Source of the DNA: an uncultured Pelagibacteraceae bacterium
Lineage (GTDB): Bacteria; Pseudomonadota; Alphaproteobacteria; Pelagibacterales; Pelagibacteraceae
NCBI GenBank assembly: GCA_902544345.1
Contig: CACCBT010000001.1
Location: 1 to 60,145 of the forward strand
Length of the DNA stretch: 60,145 bases
Direction of reading: 5' to 3'
In this document: positions 10,400 through 19,263 of the stretch, piece after piece
Layout of the letters: the number at the start of each line of letters is the position of its first letter
Numbering within the stretch: position 1 is the first letter of the stretch
Notes under the pieces: model-generated
Told to the model about the DNA's origin: nothing
The model's database searches: none
What the model saw: the letters and a program-made list of their open reading frames with translations, nothing else
Program-made: the position numbers and the translations under genes

Positions 10400-11167
10400 A
10401 TGAAAAAACCATTAATTATTTCTGATGATAATTTTAAGTCTAAATTAATAAAGAAAAAGATATTATCTGCATTTAAAAAGATTAAAACCTTAAAAAAAAA
10501 TATTGTTATTGTAATTGGTGGCGATGGTTTCATGCTTAAAACTTTGAAAAAAAATAAAAAAACAAAAAAAATATTTTATGGAATAAATTCAGGTAATTAT
10601 GGTTTCTTAATGAATAAATTTTCTAAGAAACATTTATTAAAGAATATTCATAAATCAAATATGATTTCAATTTCGCCTTTGGAAATGGTCGTCATAACTA
10701 AAAAAAGAATTAGGAGATGCTTAGCAATTAATGAAGTTTCAATATTAAGACAAAGTAGGCAGGCAGCAAATTTGTCAATTAAAAATAAGTCAAATTTTAT
10801 TATGAAAAAATTAGTTTCAGATGGCGTTCTAGTTTCAACGCCTGCAGGAAGCACTGCATATAATTTGTCTGTTCATGGTCCAATTTTAGATTTAAATTCA
10901 AAAAAAATTTCAATTGCTCCAATAAGTGCCTTTAGACCAAGAAGATGGAAAGGAAAAGTAGTAAGCGATAGATCAAAAATAACAATTAAAAATTTAAATC
11001 CTAAAAAAAGACCTATTAGTGCAGTAGCTGATAATATTGAGGTGAGAAATGCCAAAAAGATAACTATTAAAACAAATAATAATATTAAATTTAAGCTTCT
11101 GTATGACAAAAATAGAAGTTTACAAAAAAAAATTAAAATTGAACAAATTAGAAAAGAAGTATCTTAA
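10400..11167 (+). CDS. nadK: NAD kinase
   Basis: GGDGFML, INEVS and DGVLVSTPAGSTAYNLS motifs. The start is moved to the in-frame ATG at 10400 because the track's extension overlaps tRNA-Leu. Confidence 0.95.
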   Translation: MKKPLIISDDNFKSKLIKKKILSAFKKIKTLKKNIVIVIGGDGFMLKTLKKNKKTKKIFYGINSGNYGFLMNKFSKKHLLKNIHKSNMISISPLEMVVITKKRIRRCLAINEVSILRQSRQAANLSIKNKSNFIMKKLVSDGVLVSTPAGSTAYNLSVHGPILDLNSKKISIAPISAFRPRRWKGKVVSDRSKITIKNLNPKKRPISAVADNIEVRNAKKITIKTNNNIKFKLLYDKNRSLQKKIKIEQIRKEVS

Positions 11168-11195
11168 CTAAAATTTTTGTTTTAAATTTTCAGAA

Positions 11196-13343
11196 ATGAA
11201 AAAATTTTTTTTAACTATTATATTTTATCTCTTTTTTTTAACCTCCAATTCAGTTGCTTTTATAGAATTTAAACAATCAAAAAATATTTCTTCAGACACA
11301 GAGCAAGCTAGAGGAATAAATTTTAAGCCAGACGGTACTATAATGTATATAACTAACCGTAAAGCCGCTTCAGGTGCCGAAGGCCAAAAAGGGCAAGTAA
11401 CTCAATACTCTCTTAGTACACCTTTTGATATAAGCACAGCAAAAAAAACATCTCAAACAGATTTATTAGGTAGTAATGATGCTACAGTGTTGAAATATCC
11501 TCATGCAATTGAATTTAAACCAGATGGAACCAAAATGTTTGTAACTGCAGGAGACGCAGTTGCAGCCGTCTATCAATATAATTTAACTACTGCTTGGGAC
11601 TCATCCTCAGCAGAATTTGAGGCAAGATATGTTGAGGGCAGAACCGATGTAAAACATCTAAGAACTTTAGCATTTAAGCCTGATGGCACAAGAATGTTTG
11701 TAGGTGGTAAAGATGATCCTGCAACAACTGGCAAAATAAAACAATTTACGCTTACAAATCCTTGGGATCTATCATCAGGTGTTTCAGCAGCTGGTCTGTC
11801 AGCCGATATAGGTGGCTCTGAACCTAATCTAAGAAATGCACAATTCGACGATACTGGAAAAATATTATATGTCGGTGGTAATGATACTGATCAAATACAT
11901 AAATATACTTTAAGTACAGCCTGGGATATTTTAACTTTATCGACTTCTTTTACTTCATTTCAATTAGTTAGCGGATTTTCACAAATGAGAGGTTTTATAT
12001 TTGTTGCAGGTTTTACAAGGTTATATGTTGTTGATGATACTGCTACAACAAGCACAATTTTAGAGTATAGTCCATCTTGTACAGTGATTACATGTAGTGA
12101 TCCCTCAAACGATGGAGATGTTAAAGCAATTATTGAAGCCAATGTTGAATTATCAAAACTTGTAATTCAGCACATTACTCTTCCAATATTTCATCGAATG
12201 GAATGGCTTAGAAGGCATAAAAATAATGAAAATTTATCAAATCTTAATGCAGAAGTTGATTTTAAAAATGAGGAAATATCAAAATTATTTAGTGCTTTTA
12301 AAAACTCAAAAAATGAAGTTCATAGAAGTTATAATAGCGATGATTGGTTTAAATGGAGCGAAGGTAGGGTTAGTTTAGGAAAAACTAAATCAGGAAACTC
12401 ATCATCAAGAAAATTTAATAGTAAGGGGATCTCATTTGGTGCAGATAAAATAAAAAAAGATGAAAGAGACACTATACACGGGTTTGTTTTTCAGTATGGA
12501 GTTGATGATGTTAAAATTGGAAATAGAGGAACAAAATTAGAGACAGATACCTATAGTTTAGCATTGTACAATACAAAACTTAGCGATAATGGCTTTTTTA
12601 GAGATGCATTAATTGGAGGTAGTTTATTAGAAATCGATCAAAAAAGAGTTACTGCCTATAGCAACACGCTAAAAGGTGATCGAAGTGGACACCAGATCTT
12701 TGGTTCACTCAATTTTGGAAAAAGATTAAGTGATGATAAATTAAACCTGAGTCCTAGCATTAAATTAGATTTAGGATACACAACACTGAAATCTTTTGAT
12801 GAAAAAACACTATTAGGAAATACTTTTGAAGATGCGCTGGGTTTTGAAGTTCAAAACATTGCATCAGCACTAACTACAATTGGTGTAATCTTAAATACGA
12901 CCAATAAAAGAGAGGATGAAAACTTTAATCATTATGTTCGACTAGATTATATTGCTGATTTAAGTCAATCATCAGATGCAGATTTTTATTACCTAAATGA
13001 TCAAAGTACAATTTATAATTACGAAGTAGACGATAAATCAATGCATAATTTTAAGATTGGTTATGGTTTTGATTTAAGCTTAACATCAGGTTGGTCATTA
13101 GTTGGAAATTTTGAAAGATTTAAAGCTATTGGAAAAGGTTATAGTAATGAAATTTACTTCTCCGCTGGTTATGTTCCAAATGATAAAATGGAACTTGTAT
13201 TTAATTTAAATAATTTTGAGGATACGAGTTTATCGTTAAATAAAAAAATAAATGAATTTGATCTTAAAATAAGTTCTAACTATAAATTTTTAAAAAATAC
13301 ACCTGACCACGGTGTAAAAATAGATTTTTCAAGAAGGTTCTAA
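11196..13343 (+). CDS. Autotransporter-like outer membrane protein with beta-propeller passenger
   Basis: Signal peptide; about 5 repeats of F(K)PDGT-M-F-V paired with QY-L-T-W/FD; CTVITC linker; C-terminal amphipathic beta-strands starting at WSEGRVSLG; terminal Phe. Confidence 0.8.
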   Translation: MKKFFLTIIFYLFFLTSNSVAFIEFKQSKNISSDTEQARGINFKPDGTIMYITNRKAASGAEGQKGQVTQYSLSTPFDISTAKKTSQTDLLGSNDATVLKYPHAIEFKPDGTKMFVTAGDAVAAVYQYNLTTAWDSSSAEFEARYVEGRTDVKHLRTLAFKPDGTRMFVGGKDDPATTGKIKQFTLTNPWDLSSGVSAAGLSADIGGSEPNLRNAQFDDTGKILYVGGNDTDQIHKYTLSTAWDILTLSTSFTSFQLVSGFSQMRGFIFVAGFTRLYVVDDTATTSTILEYSPSCTVITCSDPSNDGDVKAIIEANVELSKLVIQHITLPIFHRMEWLRRHKNNENLSNLNAEVDFKNEEISKLFSAFKNSKNEVHRSYNSDDWFKWSEGRVSLGKTKSGNSSSRKFNSKGISFGADKIKKDERDTIHGFVFQYGVDDVKIGNRGTKLETDTYSLALYNTKLSDNGFFRDALIGGSLLEIDQKRVTAYSNTLKGDRSGHQIFGSLNFGKRLSDDKLNLSPSIKLDLGYTTLKSFDEKTLLGNTFEDALGFEVQNIASALTTIGVILNTTNKREDENFNHYVRLDYIADLSQSSDADFYYLNDQSTIYNYEVDDKSMHNFKIGYGFDLSLTSGWSLVGNFERFKAIGKGYSNEIYFSAGYVPNDKMELVFNLNNFEDTSLSLNKKINEFDLKISSNYKFLKNTPDHGVKIDFSRRF

Positions 13344-13361
13344 AAAATCAATCTATAGTAA

Positions 13362-13390
13362 TTGATTAAAGAACAAGTTAAAATTAGGCT
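13362..13390 (+). promoter_or_regulatory. Candidate sigma70 promoter for the 13439-16079 operon
   Basis: TTGATT-17 nt-TAGGCT. The -35 box overlaps an AATCAAT/ATTGATT inverted repeat (13346-13367). Confidence 0.35.
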
Positions 13391-13438
13391 TTAGATTATC
13401 ATTAACTATGATATTAAGTTAATTAAATTAATATTTCT

Positions 13439-13735
13439 ATGAGCAAAAATCAAAAAAACTTAAAAATATTTTTCATAAAACTTATATCAATAACATTTTC
13501 TATAATCATAATTATAAATGCTACCTATAATCTTATTTTAGCTGACAAAATTGAAAATTTAAACAAATTACTTCAACTAAATAAAAAAGAAAATATTGAT
13601 ACAATAAAAAATAAAATAAGATCAGAGATACAAAGCGGTTTAGAAAAAGACAATCTACTTAGCGAGCAGGACAAAATTCTTATTTATAAATTTTATAGAA
13701 AAATAAAAAAAGAATTTGATGAGATTGAAAAATAA
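13439..13735 (+). CDS. Small single-pass membrane-anchored hypothetical protein
   Basis: One N-terminal hydrophobic helix followed by a charged helical domain; overlaps the next gene. Confidence 0.7.
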   Translation: MSKNQKNLKIFFIKLISITFSIIIIINATYNLILADKIENLNKLLQLNKKENIDTIKNKIRSEIQSGLEKDNLLSEQDKILIYKFYRKIKKEFDEIEK

Positions 13736-15308
13736 TTTTGTTAAATCCTATGTGTTACCAAATAAAAAAATTATATTTTATATTTTAATTTTATTCTCTA
13801 TATACTGTGCAGTAACCATTGGTTTTTCTTGGGATGAAGGTTTTTTGATTAACCAAGGAAAAATTACAGCTAATTATTTATTATCTTTAGGGTTTTCTGA
13901 CCCCGAAAATTATTTTAGGAGAGAATTCTACTCACCAATTTATTATTCATTAAGATATTTTTTTGTACAAGCATTTCCCTTAAAATTTCATTTGGAAGTA
14001 GGGCATTTAGTAAATTTATTTTTTTCTATAACAGCTATAGTCGGTATCAAAAAAATTTGTGAAGAATTCTTTAATAAAGATGTTGGTATAATCGTATTCT
14101 TAATACTTTTTTTCTATCCAGCTTTTTTTGGTCATATGGGTTTTAATAGCAAAGATACAATAATAGCATTTTGCCACGTTTGGATTTTTTATCTAGCTAT
14201 AAAATATCTTAAGTCTCATAAAAATTATTATATTTACTATTTATCTTTACTTGCAGCAGTTGGCACCGGTATGAATTTATTTTTTTTAGGATCTTTATTA
14301 CCGCTAATAATTCTTTTTCTTCTAGAAATTTTTTATTATAAAAAATTTAACAGTAAAGAAATTAAAATTCAAAAATTTTTAATAGATTTTTTTAAAGGTT
14401 TTTTAATATTTTATTTTTTTTTAGTATTATTCTGGATTGATACACATCCTAATATTTTTATTTTACCATTTAAATTTTTATATGAGTGGGCTTTTTCAGA
14501 TTTATGGCGTGGATATCATTATATTTTAGTAAATGGTAATTACTATTTATATGCAGATATACCAAAAAACTATTTGTTTACTAATCTCGTCTATAGATCA
14601 CCAGAATATTTTTTAGTAACTTATATTATATTTTTTGGATTATTTATAAATTACAAATCTTATTTTACAAAGAGATTCAGATTTTTTAATTATAAGTTAT
14701 CTTGGATTTTTTCGATGATAGTTTATACATTTGTTTTATTATATATAACACCTTTTTCAATTTACGATGGCTTGAGACATGTGCTTTGGATGTTGCCATA
14801 TCTGTGTATTGCACCGGCTTTGACAATATATTTTTTAATTAAAAATTTCAAAAAAACTATAGTGAAATTTACATCATCAATCTTATTAATATTTACAGTT
14901 TTTTTTGTATTTAATTTTTTGTCTATTACCCCATATCAATATACCTATTTAAATATTCTTAATGGTAGCAAAAAAAATAACATCAAAAAGTTTGAAAATG
15001 ATTATTGGGGCGCTTCTGTAAAAGAATTAGTCAATAAAATAGATTTTGATAAAAATAAAAAAATGAAAATTTCTACATGTGGAGTTTCTCATGAGATGCC
15101 AAAATATTATCTGAAAAAAAGGAAGTTTACTAATTTTGAGATTAGTGGATATGAAAATTCAGACTATATAATAATTACAAATAGAGCCACAATGAATTTA
15201 AAAAATAAAAAATTATTAAATTGTTTTGATAAACATGATGGCGAGGAAATGTTCAATGTTTCAAGAAATGGTGTCATTTTATCTAGTTTTAGGAAAACAA
15301 ATAAATAA
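13719..15308 (+). CDS. GT-C fold glycosyltransferase (PMT/ArnT, GT39/GT83-like)
   Basis: More than 10 TM segments, SWDE acidic motif after TM1, FNSKD and YDGLRH motifs, soluble C-terminal domain. ATG at 13719; the track uses the TTG at 13716. Confidence 0.75.
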   Translation: MRLKNNFVKSYVLPNKKIIFYILILFSIYCAVTIGFSWDEGFLINQGKITANYLLSLGFSDPENYFRREFYSPIYYSLRYFFVQAFPLKFHLEVGHLVNLFFSITAIVGIKKICEEFFNKDVGIIVFLILFFYPAFFGHMGFNSKDTIIAFCHVWIFYLAIKYLKSHKNYYIYYLSLLAAVGTGMNLFFLGSLLPLIILFLLEIFYYKKFNSKEIKIQKFLIDFFKGFLIFYFFLVLFWIDTHPNIFILPFKFLYEWAFSDLWRGYHYILVNGNYYLYADIPKNYLFTNLVYRSPEYFLVTYIIFFGLFINYKSYFTKRFRFFNYKLSWIFSMIVYTFVLLYITPFSIYDGLRHVLWMLPYLCIAPALTIYFLIKNFKKTIVKFTSSILLIFTVFFVFNFLSITPYQYTYLNILNGSKKNNIKKFENDYWGASVKELVNKIDFDKNKKMKISTCGVSHEMPKYYLKKRKFTNFEISGYENSDYIIITNRATMNLKNKKLLNCFDKHDGEEMFNVSRNGVILSSFRKTNK

Positions 15309-16079
15309 ATGAGGATATCAAAAACAGCTAGCTCTGGCGTATTAAAATATTTAGAAAAAATAATTAGGAGTCACCCATTAGTATATTTAATTTTTAGATA
15401 TTTTATACGGTATACAAATTTTTTTGAAGATGATGCACATGGTGTTTCTTACTTAAATCTTGACAAAAAAATTAATATTATTGATGTGGGTGCAAGTGAT
15501 GGCATTGCATCTAAATTTTTTATGAAAAAACTGAATGTGTCAAATATTCTTTGTTTTGAGCCCAATATACCGTATGTAAAAATTTTAAAAAAATTAGATT
15601 ATAAAAATATGAGAGTGTACGATTATGGAATAGGTGAAAAAAATACTAACCATAAAGTTTTTTATCCAAGATATCAATTTTTTAAAAAAAATTTTGACCT
15701 AGTAACTTATACTTTTTATGACAAGAAAGAATTGCAGAAACAAATTAATCTAGACTTTAAGTTTAAAAAAAATATTAATATCGTCCAAAAAGAAATTTTT
15801 TTAAAAAAAATTGGTAAATTAAATTTAAAAATATCTCTTATAAAAATTGATGTTAACGGACACGAATTGTCTGTAGTCAAAGGTCTTAAAAATATAATAA
15901 AAAAAGATAAACCAGCTTTAATTATTGAAACAGATAAAAATATTAATAAGATAAATGACTATTTGGAAAAGTTAAATTATAAGAAATACTCTTTTCTAAG
16001 AAAAAAAGGATCTTTTGAAAAAATAAAAAATACTTACCCATTGAACACATATTTTCTTCAATCATTTCATTTAAGTTAA
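15309..16079 (+). CDS. FkbM family methyltransferase
   Basis: IIDVGASDG, CFEPN and LIKIDVNGHELSVVKG motifs. Confidence 0.85.
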   Translation: MRISKTASSGVLKYLEKIIRSHPLVYLIFRYFIRYTNFFEDDAHGVSYLNLDKKINIIDVGASDGIASKFFMKKLNVSNILCFEPNIPYVKILKKLDYKNMRVYDYGIGEKNTNHKVFYPRYQFFKKNFDLVTYTFYDKKELQKQINLDFKFKKNINIVQKEIFLKKIGKLNLKISLIKIDVNGHELSVVKGLKNIIKKDKPALIIETDKNINKINDYLEKLNYKKYSFLRKKGSFEKIKNTYPLNTYFLQSFHLS

Positions 16080-16083
16080 AAAC

Positions 16084-16788
16084 TTATATTTTATTAAAAA
16101 GTGATAGCCTAAAAAGATTTATTAGGGCTGAAAGAATATCTATCAGTCGCATTTTCGATTGACCGCTAGATCGGTACTTTAAATTTGAGTGAACTTCAAG
16201 TATTTTATAGTTCAATCTCTCTAAATAGAACAAACTTTCTATTAAAAAGAAATAACCATTATTTTCTGCGAAAAGAATATCTTTTTTTTTTATCTTTGAA
16301 ATATTATAGCATCTAAAGCCACCTGATGAGTCTAATCTAGTATTTAAAATTATTTTAACTAAATGATATCTTATTTTCGTGATAATTTTTCTTAAAAAAG
16401 GCCAATCATCTAAAGAACTTTTTTTTAAAAATCTTGAGGTGATAATAACATCGGCATTATTTTTTTTAAGAATCTCGATCATTTTTTTTATCTCAAAAGG
16501 GTTATGAGTTCTATCTGCATCCATAGTAAAGCATAGATTAAATTTATTTTTATAAGCCCATCGAATACCTTCTTTATGTGCTGAACCTATACCGTATCTT
16601 TTTTTTCTAAATATATAATTAATTAATTTACTTTTTTTGGAGAGATTTAAGATTTTTTCTCGAGTACCGTCAGTTGAATTATCGTCTATAAAAAGTATAG
16701 GAATTTTAAATTTGTTTACTATTAATTTAAAAAGATAATTTATATTATCGTTTTCATTTAATGTTGGTATAATAACTATATTTTTCAA
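16084..16788 (-). CDS. GT2 polyprenol-phosphate hexose synthase (Dpm1/Ppm1-like)
   Basis: IIPTLNE, IDDNSTDGT, MDADRTHNP, DSSGGFRCY and R-SGQSKM motifs; TTG start. Confidence 0.87.
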   Translation of the reverse strand: MKNIVIIPTLNENDNINYLFKLIVNKFKIPILFIDDNSTDGTREKILNLSKKSKLINYIFRKKRYGIGSAHKEGIRWAYKNKFNLCFTMDADRTHNPFEIKKMIEILKKNNADVIITSRFLKKSSLDDWPFLRKIITKIRYHLVKIILNTRLDSSGGFRCYNISKIKKKDILFAENNGYFFLIESLFYLERLNYKILEVHSNLKYRSSGQSKMRLIDILSALINLFRLSLFNKI

Positions 16789-16841
16789 ATACTTAAATCT
16801 TTCAACTAAATTATATTAAAATAAAATAAACTTTTTTTAAA

Positions 16842-16917
16842 TGGTGCCCTCACACGGACTCGAACCGCGAACCTATTGATTACAAATCAATTGCTCTACC
16901 AATTGAGCTATGAGGGC
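16842..16917 (-). tRNA. tRNA-Thr(UGU)
   Basis: The reverse complement GCCCTCATAGCTCAATTGGTAGAGCA-ATTGA-TTTGTAA-TCAAT...GGTTCGAGTCC...TGAGGGCACCA is 76 nt. Confidence 0.96.
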
Positions 16918-16996
16918 CTAATATTCTTTATAAATTATTCTATGGTTTATTATCAATAAAATATGTAAAAATATACCCAATAATTTTATTTAATAA

Positions 16997-17935
16997 ATGA
17001 AACTTAAAATTTTAATTGCTGTTTACAATGATTGGTCAAGCCTAGATATTTTACTTACTGAAATAAATAAAAATCTTCAATCTACTGAGTGGAAAGATTA
17101 CAAGGTATATATAGTTAACGATGCCTCAACTATTGAGGTTCCAGAAAAAATAAGAGGAAAAACAAAAATTATAAATCTCTTTAATAATATTGGATCTCAA
17201 GGTGCTATATCTATTGGTGTAAAATATATTCAAAAAAATGATAATGATATCACTCATTTATTAATTATGGACTCTGATGGCGAGGATAAACCTGAGGATA
17301 TAAAAAGACTATTAGAGGAATGCAAAAAAAATGAAAACAAAATTATATTTGCAAAAAGAAAAAAAAGAAAAGAAAGTATAATATTTAGAACACTTCATTT
17401 TTTTTACAAAAAAATATTTAAAATGTTAATAGGTAAAGAATTAGATTTCGGTAATTTTTGTTGTATGACAAAAACTAATTTAAATAAAATCGTAAAAATA
17501 AATAATATTCAAACTCATTATTCTGCTTCAATTTTGAGATCAAATATCTCTTTTAAAAAAATTGACTGTGAAAAGGGATATAGAATAGAGGGAAATTCTA
17601 AATTAAATTTTTGGAAACATTTTGCTCACGCTCTTATGTCTTTATCAGTCTTTATAGATTTAATAGCGATAAAATTTTTCTTTATTTCTTTAATAGGTAT
17701 AGTTTTAAGTATACTTTTTTCTATAACAATATTCTTGATGAAGTTCTATTATCCAAAAATGTTATTAGGTTTAGCTTCTGATGTCTTATTAAGTTTAGCG
17801 ATCATAATAATAGTTCTATTCTTTATCTCTTTGTTTAGTTTAATAATTCTGTTGAATAACAAAAACGAAAATTATAGTCCAAATAATACTTCAATAGATC
17901 ACTTAATTGATAGCGTAGATGATTCTACAAATTAA
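16997..17935 (+). CDS. GT2 GtrB/ArnC-like polyprenol-phosphate glycosyltransferase
   Basis: IAVYND, VNDAS, MDSDGEDKP and DFGNF motifs; two C-terminal TM helices. Confidence 0.85.
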   Translation: MKLKILIAVYNDWSSLDILLTEINKNLQSTEWKDYKVYIVNDASTIEVPEKIRGKTKIINLFNNIGSQGAISIGVKYIQKNDNDITHLLIMDSDGEDKPEDIKRLLEECKKNENKIIFAKRKKRKESIIFRTLHFFYKKIFKMLIGKELDFGNFCCMTKTNLNKIVKINNIQTHYSASILRSNISFKKIDCEKGYRIEGNSKLNFWKHFAHALMSLSVFIDLIAIKFFFISLIGIVLSILFSITIFLMKFYYPKMLLGLASDVLLSLAIIIIVLFFISLFSLIILLNNKNENYSPNNTSIDHLIDSVDDSTN

Positions 17936-17949
17936 ATTATTGTAAAAAA

Positions 17950-19260
17950 TTAGGAATAATAAAGATTAGCTACTATTAAGAAAATTGAAAAATAAGAAAA
18001 AATTATTGATGAGTTAATTTTGTTAAAATTTTTTACTGATTTAAATAATGAAAAAGCAATAATCAAAATAGTTGGATCAAAATATTCCTGCATTAAGGGC
18101 CACAATAAAAGGGAAATAAATATGAAATAGCCAATTAAAACACCATCATGTTTATTCTCATAACAATAAAATAGTAAAACAATTAATGAAAAGAAGAAAA
18201 AAATATAAGTTATAATCTCCTGTAAATATAAATTTCCTGTAATAATTAGAGACAATTTATGGACTATACCTAACCCAACCCAATAATCTGTGACGGTAAA
18301 TTGCTCAAAATCAAAATAAATTAAATTATATAAGTTAAATAAAATGAATAAAATCAAAAAGAAGTAAGTTTTTTTAAGAAAAAAATATTCTTTAATCCTT
18401 TTTAAAAAATTTTTTTTAGTAAATAATATAACAGGTAACAAATAAAAACTTATAAGAGTAGCAGCATACCCTGCGTGGATATGGTATATTAATTTTAAAT
18501 CAGATATTGATGTAATTGTTTTAGGATTTGCTAATTGTGTTGCTGGTGGTACAATCCCATTCCACCTATACAAAAGATATAAATATGGAACTGAGAGAAC
18601 AAAATAAGCACTTAATATTATCAATTTATTTCTAACATTAATTTTTGAAAACATTGTGTAGAAGAAACAAATTAAAGGAACTAATAAAAATTTCTGATCA
18701 AAATATACTGTTACAGAACTAAAAAAAATAAGAGCAAATATATTTTTTAAATTTTTTTTTAGATTAAATTTCTCTAAAAAAAAGAATGTAACAAACATTG
18801 TAAATATTCCGTAATTTTCATTTAACCCCCAATAACCACTTGTTCTATAATATGGACTTAAATAAATTAAGGATGAGATTAAAAATAAAATCCTTTTATC
18901 AACAGTATGGAATCTTATTTTAAGAGTTTGATAAAAAATTAGTGGACCAATTAGTGATAATAAAAAAACAACTAGTCTGTACTTTTCAAAATCGTAAAAA
19001 AAAGGGTTAAATAGTTTATTAATTATATATATTAAAGGGGGTCGATTACCAAATAATTCAGGATGAAATATAGCATCTTTTATATCATTAAATATAAAAA
19101 TCTGTATATTTTTTTTAATCCAATCTGAGTCGACTGCATAATCACCCACACCGGCTGAGTTTTCGTTTAAATAAAAACCACAAAAATAACTAATGATTGG
19201 AACAAAAATAATTACATTAAAAAACTTATCATAAATTTTTTGAAATGATTCTGAATTCAT
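17950..19260 (-). CDS. Polytopic membrane protein, putative GT-C glycosyltransferase
   Basis: About 11-12 TM segments, acidic first loop (NENSAGVGDYAVD), RPPLIY, LSPYYR...NENYG and QEYFDP motifs. Confidence 0.55.
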   Translation of the reverse strand: MNSESFQKIYDKFFNVIIFVPIISYFCGFYLNENSAGVGDYAVDSDWIKKNIQIFIFNDIKDAIFHPELFGNRPPLIYIINKLFNPFFYDFEKYRLVVFLLSLIGPLIFYQTLKIRFHTVDKRILFLISSLIYLSPYYRTSGYWGLNENYGIFTMFVTFFFLEKFNLKKNLKNIFALIFFSSVTVYFDQKFLLVPLICFFYTMFSKINVRNKLIILSAYFVLSVPYLYLLYRWNGIVPPATQLANPKTITSISDLKLIYHIHAGYAATLISFYLLPVILFTKKNFLKRIKEYFFLKKTYFFLILFILFNLYNLIYFDFEQFTVTDYWVGLGIVHKLSLIITGNLYLQEIITYIFFFFSLIVLLFYCYENKHDGVLIGYFIFISLLLWPLMQEYFDPTILIIAFSLFKSVKNFNKINSSIIFSYFSIFLIVANLYYS

Positions 19261-19263
19261 TAA

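Noticed and set aside
11310-11930. Repeated TTTAA(G/A)CC(A/T)GA(C/T)GG sequence as a CRISPR-like or DGR repeat
   Set aside because: The repeats are in frame, encode FKPDG propeller blades and differ at synonymous sites. No cas or reverse transcriptase gene is nearby.
11196-19260. Prophage or integrative element at tRNA-Leu/Thr
   Set aside because: No integrase, phage structural gene or duplicated tRNA 3' att site was seen.
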